Notes under the pieces: model-generated | Databases searched by the model: none | What the model was told of the DNA's origin: nothing | The model's input: the letters and a program-made list of their open reading frames with translations, nothing else | In this document: positions 1-12,089 of the stretch, piece by piece | Position numbering within the stretch: position 1 is the stretch's first letter | Layout of the letters: every line of letters starts with the position of its first letter | Made by a program: the position numbers and the translations under genes | Assembly: GCA_003344405.1 (NCBI GenBank) | Contig: NOWV01000227.1 | Location: forward strand, 1-64,000 | Length of the DNA: 64,000 nt | Source of the DNA: Trichoplax sp. H2 | Taxonomy: Eukaryota | Direction: 5' to 3'

Positions 1-6
1 TTTTAG

Positions 7-815
7 TTTTAATGCCATCATTTCAACCATTCCTTCGATTTTTTCTCCGAGAGCGACAAGAATCGACTACTTATATAGCCAATACTGTAAAGGGAATTAT
101 ACGTGAGCGTCGTGAATCCCTAAAGAACGGAACTCGTTGCAATCGAGATCTTCTTCAGTTAATGATCGAAGCTTCTGAAGATGGCAAAATGAGCGATGAT
201 GAGATCGTCGGTCAAGCATATATCTTCCTTATTGCCGGTTATGAAACCACTGCTAATACATTAACTTATGCAACATACTTATTAGCAAATCATCCTGAAG
301 TACAAGATAAGTTATATAAAGAAATTGATAAAACATATCAAGACAAAGGTGTAATCGATTACGAATCGGTGTCCGAGTTACAATATCTAGACATGGTTCT
401 TAGTGAAACACTACGCATATATCCACCGGCCCATGCAGTTAATCGGGGTGTTAGCAAAGATGTTACTATCAACGGCGTTAAACTTCTAAAATCAGTACCT
501 GTTGGAATTCCTATTTATGGCATTCATCACGATCCAGACTACTGGCCTAATCCTGAGCAATTTAGACCAGAACGATTTACACCCGAAGAAAAACAAGCTC
601 GTAATCCATCGTGTTATATGCCATTCGGTATGGGTCCTCGAAACTGTATCGGGATGAGATTAGCTTTAATTGAAGCAAAATTAGCTTTAGCAAAGGCAGT
701 AAAAGCTGTAGAATTTAGTGCGATAGATAAAACAGAGATTCCTTTGAAACTGAAAGCAGGTGGAACATTATCGCCGGCTAACCCAGTATATGTCGGAATT
801 AAGAAGAGATTATAG
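7..815 (+). CDS. Cytochrome P450, clan-3-like (CYP3/CYP5-type); 3'-terminal exon, 5' part lies outside the window
   Basis: I-helix FLIAGYETTA, K-helix ETLR, PERF motif and heme-binding FGMGPRNCIG are all present. A ttttag acceptor at 1-6 suggests the exon starts at 7 and the ATG at 12 is internal. Confidence 0.95.
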
Positions 816-1639
816 ATTAATTACATATTATCAGTATAACTACAGTATTATGCGTTAGAGCATTACATGTTGTACTATAACTGGTATTCTCATATGGTAG
901 TTCCGATTAATTAATTACTATCACTAATATATCTAATTAGTTAATTGAGTGCAGGCTGTTACGATTACGATCAGCTGACACTGCTGTAGATTATATATTG
1001 TATATTTAGATATTTATTTCTTTATCCAATTTAGAACTAATCAATGACAACTTTAACGAAAGCCTTCCGAATATTAATTTTTAGATTTTTCAATAAAAAC
1101 AATGAAAACAATGATGAACATTGCGTATAAGGGCTTCAGTTTGATCTAGGATGGTCAATTATTATAATATTCGATGTATATGCAATATTTGATATTTTGC
1201 TAGGAGTTGCTATCTCGAAGCAAGAATGTATGATTGTACATTGCCCGTTCGTCCACGCAATGTATATGCACTGTATAGATAGTAGATCAGTATTACTAGC
1301 AGAACCAATCGTAACACTTTGGCTTCGATATACCCCGTACTAGAAAGAGCAAAAGGGCTCTATTAGCCTTTATATTTATCACACGAGTAGTGTTGAATCC
1401 TATGTCTAGTAATTCTAACCCGATTTAAAGCAGGCATCAATTATTATCAAACTATTCAGGATATCTATGCAAAATATATCTCTAACAATTCCTTTATCGA
1501 AGCTAGTACATCTAGCGTAATCTACTTAGTGCTGGAAAGAGTGAAATCGCACTTTTAAATTTTACAATTAGAGCAACGTCGAATAATACCATGGGAATTC
1601 CTGCCTAGTTTAATTACGGTAGCCAATTAATTATTAAAT

Positions 1640-2420
1640 TATGTGAATAAATATACTGTACGTACGGTGGGTGGAAAAGCTATCATTTTACCAAAGTTGC
1701 TTTCTGGAAGCAAAAGTATACACCATACTGGTATACGTGCAATAATACTCAGTACAACGTCGTTAAAAATGTATGTGTGCAATCTGCTGCGCGCTGGAAA
1801 GAGTAGAATTGTTCTATTATGTTTAATATGAGCAGTAATAAATGTTGAATGATATATGCAGGATCTATAATCTGATATAAAGTAGCCAAGTATTAAAATG
1901 TTTAGATATATATGCAAATATACCGTCATATTTCACTAAGAGTCGTCTTCTTGAAGCAAGAATCTCCATACGTCTGGATAAAAGACCAGTTGGGGTTGTT
2001 GCACTGCTTGCACATGTAAAAGTAAGGAGCAGGACAGGTGATTAAATAAAGACTTAACATAAAACCGTTACAGCAGTCCATTTCATTATAAAACTTTAAA
2101 TGTAGATGAAGTGACAGTTGGGACGGGACTTCTCTCGATTTTTATTCAGGTAGAAGAAATCGCGAAGTCCCTGCTATCGATACTCATACTATAATTATTA
2201 GGTTGCTTAGATGCTTTTTTGTCAATATTTAAACGGTTCCAATGCTTCGTAGTTCTGGCCAGGAATGTGCTACAGTGTAGTCCATATATTATTCTATATG
2301 TCCGTTATAATGAATCAATCAACACTTTGATGTCAAATTGTCAATATTTACATTTCTTACTAGAAAGAGTGCATCGTTATTTATGCAGGCTTTTTAGAAC
2401 TAATGTTGAATATCAGTAAC
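1640..2420 (-). pseudogene. Possible decayed class C (mGluR/CaSR-like) GPCR fragment
   Basis: Minus-strand translations in the expected order: FLVRNVNIDNLTSKC*LIHYNGHIE*YMDYTVAHSW (resembles the end of the Venus flytrap domain), CKQCNNPNWS..DSCF (resembles the cysteine-rich domain), then IKHNRTILLFPARSRLHTYIF (resembles TM1-ICL1-TM2). In-frame stops and frameshifts are present. Confidence 0.35.
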
Positions 2421-2922
2421 AGGTAAAAGTTGCTATCGTGAAAACAAGAATGAACGACTTGCAGTGTAATATCAGCATTCAATTAGGAATTAGTAAGTTG
2501 AAGGAGTATCCATCTAGAGCCACTGTGCTTTCTCCTTTCTTTTTAGGTTTGATTTTGTGGTACAAACTCGCAGCTCATGTGCCTAATAACTTCAAATTAC
2601 TCACAGTACATGATGTCAGAGCACCAGCACAATCTGTAACATCAGAGACTACTAGAAAAAAGAAACATAATAATACGTATTTTGCTACTGCTATAAACAA
2701 ACAATTTATTTAATCGCTGATAAAATGGTGGACTTTACTAAAGGGTTATTATTTAACTGTAAAACAAAGTATCAGTTTTGCACAGGTACACAGATCACGT
2801 CAGTAATGTAATAAGCCCACTTCAGCTCAAACATGGCGATTTGCAACAGTAAATACGCATCAATGATGCATATAATAAATTAATTATAATCCATGAATGG
2901 TAGATTTTATTAAAGGGCTCAT

Positions 2923-3083
2923 ATTAGCTTTAATTGAAGCAAAATTAGCTTTAGCCAGAGCAGTACAAGCTGTAGAATTTAGTACGATAGATAAAACAGA
3001 GATTCCTTTGAAACTGAGAGCAGGTGCAACACTATCACCGGCTAACTCTGTATATGTTGGAATTAAAAAATGATGATAGATTA
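2923..3083 (+). pseudogene. Partial duplicate of the P450 3' end (copy of about 659-820)
   Basis: Highly similar nucleotide copy (attagctttaattgaagcaaaattagc...ggaattaa) encoding LALIEAKLALARAVQAVEFSTIDKTEIPLKLRAGATLSPANSVYVGIKK*. It lacks the heme-Cys motif and the upstream coding sequence. Confidence 0.85.
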
Positions 3084-4937
3084 TTTTATGTGCAATTGGC
3101 AATCTGTTAGCTTTTTGAGATTGCGTTGTAGTGGTCTTTGATCACTTAAAAAGTTTCCTTTTTGACGTAGCAATAGTTAATACTTGTTATTTTACTTCAA
3201 TCTCTTTACAAAAGCTACTTTGATTTCTTTTCAGTGATGTCCTTAATCATAGATTGATAATAATTAATTAATACCGTGATTTATGCTAGATGAATTATCA
3301 ATCTTGTATGAGGGATCAATTTAAGATATTTTTACACAGCAATAACGGAAAATTAATGCAATCATTTTTCAATCCAGTATTGTAGAGGCTATAGCTAGAG
3401 GACTGGTGGTATTGTTATCTAACTTCTAGAGAAGGATAGCCTTATAACACTACTGTTTATTTATGGCAGTATGGAAATAAAGATGACCACTTTCCAGTAA
3501 TATTGAATGCTGTTTAATTATTTTGAATAGGATGGAGAAGACCTTATTTAATAGATTGTTCACCCATATGAGTTTATTAGGCAATCTTAATACTGTAATT
3601 TTATTGATATATTTCTGCAGCGGTAATTTTAATTGTTAAAAATAATGCAAGGTATAGCATAGAAATGCTATTAATTTCAATAAGCTGATAACAACTAAAA
3701 GTAGAACTGTGATATAAATTTAAACTTACATAAGAAGGTACTAACTTTCTTGCCATATCTTAATGAAGCTCATTGAAAATTTTAATGTTACTCGTACGTA
3801 TATCGAACTACAATAATTGTCTGGATTTAGTAACGAATGCGTATATTATTCATCTTAATTGCACCGTGAATTGACTTGTATGCAAATGTGCAATACAGTA
3901 CTTACGTGCTTCCGTAACAGGTTAGACTGTATCTTGTATGGACAGTATTGCAGCAAGTTCTATTTTATTGTTATTGAACAGTTTGTATCTTCATTTTCCA
4001 TTAAAATTTCGTTGCTTACAATAAACACACAGTAAATTAAACACGATTCAAGTTATAGCAGGTTACAGTCGACATCACAATAATGATGTGTGTAAGTATT
4101 AAGATTGGTATTGTCATTCGGCTATTTTAGTATATCAATTTCCGTATTTGAAAACTTTCGCTCTCATTAGAGTTTGATAGTTTGGACAAGGCAAGAAAGA
4201 AATAGTTGCAATACGTCTCTATGTCTTTAACATGGATTGTTATATATTGTGATAGGTATATAAATGTGGGGCATTCAATATAGCGTTTTAAATAATATTC
4301 CATATTAGCTCAAGCCATCAACTACATTAATTAGTTAGACTTCATTTAAAAATGTGTACATTACACATAACGTCACAGCAAAGCAATCACTTCAATTATT
4401 GATAATAATTTTTATATGCGCACGTTGAATTTCAGGATAATTTATGCTGATATCAATGTTGAGAAATAGGATACATATTCATGGTAATTAATTCCAGGTT
4501 GTATCGTGTTGCAGTTTCTGCAACGACACCACATTAATGAACTGATTAGAATAAAATTAAAATTACTATATGGGTTATGATAGGATAATTTTATGCAGAA
4601 TATTTAAAAAATGAAAAAGCAGAATATACTACTTAGGAAAATTTATTTATTATCAATTTACTGTATTTCATTTAGCGTAAAATGATATCAATTTTAAGGT
4701 GAGTAATCCTGGACGCAATGATATATATGTAGCAAAACTATATAATATGAATAGGAAATTAATTTGCCACTTGAAAATTCTTTAACGGTTATATATGGAT
4801 GCAAACTAACTTATTCCCCATACCGCAAGTTTGCAGTGGAGAATAATCAACCACTAACAGTTATTAGTGTAGTTATGCCAGCGTAAATATCGAATTTGCG
4901 CCATGGGTTAAGGATATTATTGCAATGATTTAATTAA

Positions 4938-6056
4938 TTAACTAGCACTAGAATTTGCTTTTAACTTTCTTCTGTTTCGTACTTTAGATAATATTTCATA
5001 TGCTTTATTGATTTCGATACTTTTCTGTTCTGATTCTCTTAAATTGTTTGGGTTTTTATCTGGGTGCCATTTTAAAATTAATTTTTTATATTGCCGTCGA
5101 ATTTCAGCATCGGTCGCTTGCATACTCAATCCCAACACCTTCAAGGCATTCGATTCACCCTCAGGATCTAATGCTTTGTTAAGTTCTATCCAAACATGCC
5201 ACCATCCATTTTGCTTTCCTTCTTGATAAATTGCGTATAGCACTTCCTTAAATTCTAGCCATAACGGTGACGAAAAGAAATGATCTACAGCATCCTTGAC
5301 CTTGATACGTTCACCATCTTCTGAGGTAACTTCACCATGATGATAGATCGATATAGAAATAGCAGTTATGTATAAAGTACCAGCTAAGGCTAATATTAGC
5401 CATCGTCGAAATACGCCTCGATGACACTTAAACTCATTAGGAGTTTTATATGTGGTACACATAGATGCAGCCGGGCTTGCAATTAATGCAGTCAAGAAAA
5501 TAATTTGCGAATGGTTTTCATGGCCAAAACAGATAACATTAAAAAATACAGCTAGTATAGAAATATATAAAGCTGGTTTTATTGCCAGCTTATGTCGGCC
5601 AACATTGGCTACTGTAAAAATTGCAATTGCTTCTCCAATGGCCAAAAAAAGAAATGAGACGTAATAATGAAATTGATTGTCTAATGGAACGATCATGGAT
5701 GTAATCAGACCGTAAACATAAGCAACACTGACTTGGGCTACTAATCGTACAAATACAAATGGCGGTCCTTTGACTTCATTTTGTTTGCGGTTACTGGCTG
5801 ATCCTTTTACTTCTTTCTTTTTGCGGTTACTTGGTTTAGATGGTTTATCAAAGTCATCTTCATTTGCATCACGGACATAAGTAGGTAATCGCCAAAGATC
5901 GCGTAAACATCCAAGACCGAATAGTCCACCCAATGTCGACCAATATAGGAAAGCGTGGCGATCACGACCAAGATAGAAATGATGAAGTCCAATAATGCCT
6001 CCAAAGATTAATAATATATAAGCTATCAATAAACTCTTTTGTTTTTTAACAGCCAT
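4938..6056 (-). CDS. DNAJC22: DnaJ homolog subfamily C member 22 (wurst-like): N-terminal TM2 domain, multiple TM helices, C-terminal J domain
   Basis: The 372-aa single-exon ORF has the TM2 signature AYILLIFGGIIGLHHFYLGR, a hydrophobic core, and a C-terminal J domain ALKVLGL...YKKLILKWHPDKN...EINKAYEILS. Confidence 0.92.
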   Translation of the reverse strand: MAVKKQKSLLIAYILLIFGGIIGLHHFYLGRDRHAFLYWSTLGGLFGLGCLRDLWRLPTYVRDANEDDFDKPSKPSNRKKKEVKGSASNRKQNEVKGPPFVFVRLVAQVSVAYVYGLITSMIVPLDNQFHYYVSFLFLAIGEAIAIFTVANVGRHKLAIKPALYISILAVFFNVICFGHENHSQIIFLTALIASPAASMCTTYKTPNEFKCHRGVFRRWLILALAGTLYITAISISIYHHGEVTSEDGERIKVKDAVDHFFSSPLWLEFKEVLYAIYQEGKQNGWWHVWIELNKALDPEGESNALKVLGLSMQATDAEIRRQYKKLILKWHPDKNPNNLRESEQKSIEINKAYEILSKVRNRRKLKANSSAS

Positions 6057-6443
6057 GATAGAGTTTATACCATGGATAACGTCGTTAATGTTATTCTGTA
6101 CACGAATAGGCTATGTAAGATATTGGTGCTATGGTAATTGATAATTCCATTCAATGTGCAGATGTAGCCAAAAACTGTTTCTTTTAATAGTTCATCTGTC
6201 GTGATGATTGTTTGGTAAAGTTTTGACTCAGAGTAACTAGTCAATTTTTAGACCTTTTCCTTTTAGTGATGCGATCTTTGGTCGAATAGCTGTATACTTG
6301 CCTGTTAAGGTTGTAGTAGTAATACAATTACAGTAAATATAAAAAGAAGCCATATGTTCATATCATGGATGTATGATATCCTAAGCTGCATCAATGATAT
6401 CCATCTAGATCGAAGATAAAGTTAAAGTTTCATATCAAGTCTT

Positions 6444-8562
6444 TTATTTGCCTAATGCAGAATTTGGTAGTTTAATAAATTGAAAAGATGATATTGATCG
6501 GCAAGAAGATCTACTGGAAGTAATTATGCAAAGTTCTACGTCTGCACCACAGACAGACAAATATGCGTTATCATTACTTAACAGATTCTGTGCTCAATAT
6601 TCGCCTATATGACCACATCAGTTTTCGATGGTATGATTCAATCGATCCAATTTTATCATTTTCTGTCAATCTATACTCTATTTTATGAAATAAAATAATA
6701 TCGGCTGCATTCTCACATACCGAGAAGCAGTCCAGTGACTACATTTGATGGTGCCAGTTGGAAGTGGAGTTTTGTTGGTAGCAGGGGGTATCTTGTATTA
6801 TTACTGATGACTTTTGACGGCACTGTGAATCCCTGACGTGGCAATGGACAAATGGTCTGGATAAAAAGGAAACATTGATTCCTATTCTCTCTATTAGATA
6901 TTAATACCGCTGTCATCATCCTTCTTATTATTATTATCCTTTGGCTCCATGATAAAAGATGAAGGCAACAATATACATTGTTATTGATAACTCATTTATT
7001 TATTTATATTCTATTCAAAATGTTTTTATTCACCATAAACATGAGTGCAAATCTGATCAATGAACGAGTTGCTGCATACAGGGCGACACAATCAAAGGAG
7101 TAGCAGAAGTTAGGCTATAGCATAGAGACAAGGTACTGCAGTGAAAATAATTCAATATTGCGTTTTCTATTATTTTGGCCCGCTTGATAATGATTAATTA
7201 ATCCACGTAATTAGAGTTGGCTATTGACACAGCTACAATGATAAAACTGGATATTGAAATGGGCACAAGCTAATTTTACTATCATCATTGCCGATATTCC
7301 TTTTTTTCTGTTTGCATTGAACACTGCGCAATAATGGAACAAAAACTTTCATTCGATAGATATCTCGTAAGCAGGAGTTTTTATGCAGTAGAAAATAATG
7401 AAAATGGGACGACTATACCATCGCTAGGCATGGAAAGCTAGAACAACCAATGCGAGTGCTTTGAACTCCTATCAAGTTAAGCTAATGCAACAGCTCAATA
7501 CTTTTATAGACAAGTCGTAAGCAGGAGCTTTCATGCAATAAAAATAAAGCAAAACAAAACTGCCATTGCTAGACATGAAAAACAAGATCACCAATGCCAA
7601 CGTGAGTCCTTTGAACTCCCATCAGACTGAGCTAACGCCATATCATTTGGGTTACAGACTTTCATGCCGTAGATATGTCGTAAGCAGGAATTTTTATGCA
7701 ATAAAAAAGGATGAAAACAGGACTGACATTGTTCGACATGAAAAGCTAGAGCAACTAATGCCAATGTCAGCGCTTTGAACTCATATCAGGTTGAGTTAGT
7801 GCAATATCATTGAGTTTTAGACTCTCATTCCATAGATACGGTATGTCGTAAGCAGGAGATTTTATGCTGTAGCAAAAATTTAAAATAGGACTGCCATCGC
7901 TAGACATGGAAAGTTAGTATAACCAATCTGAATGCTATAAACTCCTATCAAGTTGATTCAACGCATATGATTGAGTGAACGATTTTTCATTCTATCGATA
8001 TGTCTTAAAGTAGGAGTTTTTATGTACTAGGAAAAAGTGATAATAGGATAGCCTTTGCTAGACTTGAAAAGCTAGAACAACCAAAATCGAGGCTTCAATA
8101 CGATCATAAAATCAATATTTCACGTTCGACTGGGACGCTATTGTAGGATATGTTTTTTCTACTATAGCTACAGGATGTTAGTTCTACGTCTACAGTATAC
8201 TGTATGAATGAAAAATAACGCTGACAGACATTGGCAGCACTTTTACTAAAGTACTAACTTATTCTAATCCTTAGCCTCCCCAAAACCAAAAGTTATCAAC
8301 TATTACTGTCTGCATTGACATTGCAATATAGTTAACAATGACACCGTCAATTAATTTCCATCGCCTTCTACTGTGGTCAATTGACAGATAGTAATTAATT
8401 AAATTAATTATGCATTTGTCGAAAAGCATGGTAATAAAATGATGACGAATAATATCGTGTTATAACATGAAACGTTTTGGAATAAAAATTGCGCTGATTA
8501 CCTGCGAGTCTTTGCAACACCTGGCGTGTTCAACGGGCCTTGTAGCAGTCACTGGTTTAGTC
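6444..8562 (-). CDS. Candidate small spliced gene of unknown function (partial)
   Basis: Phase-compatible AG/GT-bounded segments 8562-8502, 6856-6721, 6662-6578 and 6510-6444 join into one open frame (TKPVTATRPVEHARCCKDSQ/TICPLPRQG...LLL/ENDKIGSIESYHRKLMWSYRRILSTESVK/SSCRS...GK*). I recognise no homology and found no start codon. Confidence 0.25.
7345..8090. repeat. Degenerate tandem repeat, about 5 copies of about 160 bp
   Basis: The anchor tcgtaagcaggag..tttatgca recurs at about 7365, 7515, 7678, 7846 and 8003, with a shared gctagacatggaaagctagaacaacc block. Confidence 0.85.
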
Positions 8563-8759
8563 CTGCAAGTTAAGACCCAGTGGTATTGCAAACGGGGCTA
8601 AATACACCATTCAGAACCTTTCTTCTTGTTAATAAGGAAAGAAAATTTACTAATCGAAGCTATCCTGCTTAAAAATCGAGGTATCCGCTCTGCAAATGGC
8701 CCACCGCTATTACTGCGCAAAGCAGATTACAAAATCCGTTCTAGCTAAAACGTCGGTGT

Positions 8760-9080
8760 CTTATACTATTAACCTCCTCGAGTAGGGGTAGATGTAGGTT
8801 TACAAGGGTTGTCCAACTTGGCTAAAGTATGTGTCATATATCTGAATCTTAGACTTGGTTAATGTTAGTATACGAAAATACACAACAGTATGCTAATGTT
8901 GCTGTAAATGTTGTGTACTATTAACCTCCTGCAGTAGATGTAGGTCTGAGTTTACATGCGTTATCCAACTTTGCAAATATTGCTATAGATGTACGCCTAC
9001 TGTACTTCTACCTTGGCATAGATGTGGATGTACGTAAATTTTCAAGCCTTGTCCAGTTAGCTAAATGGCTAAAGTATGCT
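8760..9080. repeat. Degenerate direct repeats (2-3 copies)
   Basis: tactattaacctcct...gtagatgtaggt...tccaactt occurs at about 8763 and 8916, with a weaker copy at about 9003. ggctaaagtatg occurs at about 8820 and 9067. Confidence 0.6.
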
Positions 9081-9354
9081 ACTATTGCTATCCTACGACG
9101 GGATAGATTAAACATTTATGTAACACGTCAAGTTCAAAGACTTGCAGTAGATTGTATGACCTAATAAATAAAATGGACTCACTCATTCTCTCCCTGCTCT
9201 TTGCAGTTTGCAATGGATCTACAGTAGTTTAGCAGATTTGTCTACTGGTATATAACAAGAACAGTCAAAAGAGTGAAGGTTTACTACTTGAGTCGGTCAA
9301 TTCTTTCTCATTATATTCTACAGTATATTGGTTTTGCAGCGACAAGATATATTG

Positions 9355-9700
9355 CAATTGATGGCAAGGTTTCATGGCTTGAGCATCAACTTTCGGTCTT
9401 AGTCGTTAAACTAAAGCTAAAACGCCATCTTTATAGAGCTCTACATACTACTGTGTTTGATTTTATGGTAAACTTAACAGATATACTACTTACTTTGGTA
9501 AAGTCTTTCAAATTATATTTTGCATTGCTTTTGCATACGCACAGGGTTTATTACAGTTTTATGGCAAGGTTTTTCTTACAGCTTTAGCATCCACTTTCGG
9601 TCTTTCTGGACGAATTCATAAGGTAGCTATATTACCTTGATAGTTGAACAAACGCTAAATTAAGGCGCTATTCTTGTACATACTACTATACTGTATCGGA
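9355..9700. repeat. Two diverged copies of about 200 bp
   Basis: atggcaaggttt...agcatc(a/c)actttcggtctt occurs at 9361 and 9561, each followed by gctaaa...catactact. Confidence 0.6.
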
Positions 9701-12089
9701 TCTAACGATAAAATAAAATAAATAAATAACTACAGTATACTTGGGAGTCGTCCTGGCGATGCTTCTACTGTATGTCCTTGAATGATGCTTCGCTAAAAGA
9801 ATAATTTCTCAAATTCATTTTTGTCCTCCTCGATCAATTTATAGAGTGAAAGTTTATTGTTTGCGTCACTAAAACATTTTCTTTAGTAATATACATATTC
9901 AGTATCATCTTTGTCAATGTTGCGATATGGGCCAGTCCAATAAAGCAGCAGACAGTGTATCAAAATTGTAGAGGATTAAGTTAAGTTAGTTAAGTTAAAG
10001 TCGATCCTAGTCTCTATCCATGATCAGTGATCTGAACCTCTAAATAACAGGTAAAATTCTAGTTAAATAGTAGCCATAGTCAAGATGATTATCTAATCAT
10101 CCATCAATCGACGATATCGTGCACTAAAAGTAAAAACTTGGCATAGAACTCGGACAGTAATGTATGATTTCTGTATCTACTGGTAGTTTATTTTATAAAT
10201 AAATGTAAAATCATTTGCTAATGCTTATAGTTGCACTATTCATTGCAGTTATGCGAATACATCTACTGCTAAAGTTTTGGCTACATTCAAATCATAAGGG
10301 GTTGATTATGTGTCTATCGACATACAGTACATATCTTGGCCTCGTCACTAGGATATGATTGTAATTTTATAGTCGATAACGTGCTAATAAAATCTGCGAT
10401 TAAGCATGAGGATTCATGTATTGGAATAATAAGACTTTTTATGCGTACATATACAGAAAAAGATTCATAAGCTGTGTTATATCTAATGTTCTACGCCTTC
10501 AAGAGATCATCAACTACCGTACCTACAATCCTGACTCATTCAAAACAGGAATAACTAGATTGATAAATCGATAGTAAAGATCGGTTTTCATTTATAATTA
10601 ATTCATCTTAGTAATTAATACAATTTTAAGCAATGATCCAATAGGCTGGCGATATGGCTTACACTATACAGTAGCTTAAGCATGATTTTGAAATGGGATA
10701 CGTTCCATGTTTTCTAGTTTCTAGTTCAAAAAGGATAACGTTGCATGATTACCAAAGGAAGGTCTTGATCGCATTACAATCGATAGAGTACAGCTTGACC
10801 AAGACCTTGCTCTTGATGCACTTCCTAATCAGACCTGGAACGCATTTTTATGCCATCTTAGAGATATTGGAAAGGATAAAACTAGCACTGGATGATCACC
10901 CAAGTAAGACATGAATCGCCTTTATCGTCGTATTAATCCAATAAAAAAATGAGACTATACTCGCATCGCTGTTATGCATTTCTAATCCGAACTAGAACGG
11001 TATGTTGAATGAAAGGATAATGCTTACTGCTTTTGGATAATCACCAAAGACTTCGATTGCCTTCGATTTCGCATTTGCTGCATACCAATAATATAATTTG
11101 AAGCATTAAGATGACAACGCTCGTAGTGAATGAATTCCTTAATCGAAGCTTTAATGCTAAATCAGTTTGCTGGAAAGTATTAATTACTGTTTTTACATGA
11201 TTCTACGATCCGATTTTGCATCTTATTCCAAACAGTAATGGAATTAATAGAAGTCTAACGCCATTACTATTTATATATTTTATTTCTAAGAGAAACAGGA
11301 GTGCCCATGCTGCTGTAGCAAAAAAAAAGAATAGCAGCTACAACGTTCGGATGATCATCAAAGTAAGAATTTAATTGCATTGGTTCCTATATTTATCCCA
11401 ATAATAGAGTATTAATGATGGAGTCATCAGATTCTGTAATTCCTTTCTAATCAAAGCTAGAATGCTATATTTTTTTATATAGAGAAGAATGATAAATTTT
11501 GCTGCTGTTGAATTACGCGTATAATCGCCAATATAAGCTGCTCCAATAAAAAGACGCTAATTGCCTTGCTTGCTATGTTAAAGGCCAATAATAGCATATT
11601 ACGATGGCATCGTTCTTATTACTTTTTTAATCAAATTTGGAATGTCATGCTGATTATACTAAAAATGGATAAGGTTATTATTGGATGATGATCAAAGTAA
11701 GGATTGGATTACCTTGGCTGCTATATTTATACCAAAATTGGAACGTGATAATGGCATCATTTCGAATTCCTTTGAAATTTTCAGCTGATGTAATAGAGCC
11801 TACATTAACCAATGCAATATCTAAAAAAGCAAAGACATTAACCTGAAAAATTACAGGCAAAAGGTTATGCTGCATTATGAAGATATATTAAATCATGGAT
11901 ATCAATGCCCAATTTTCAGTATTGTGCGACAGAACTATTGTAAAGTCAATCAAGAAAAGAATCTTTACTATTTCATAAGAATATCATTCATTTTTAATTG
12001 CCCAAGAGAATATGGACCTGATGACGTCGTCTTGAATACAAATTTCCTCTATCACTTTACAAGATGAAATTGATCTATACATCTTTAGA

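Noticed and set aside
2884..3102. 72-aa minus-strand ORF
   Set aside because: It is the antisense shadow of the P450 duplicate fragment.
8585..8615. aaacggggct resembling the RNase MRP P4 3' strand
   Set aside because: No upstream GAAAGUCCCC partner was found.
8700..8730. Minus-strand gctttgcgcagt resembling the 5' end of U4 snRNA
   Set aside because: The match ends after about 12 nt, and no downstream U4 stem sequences are present.
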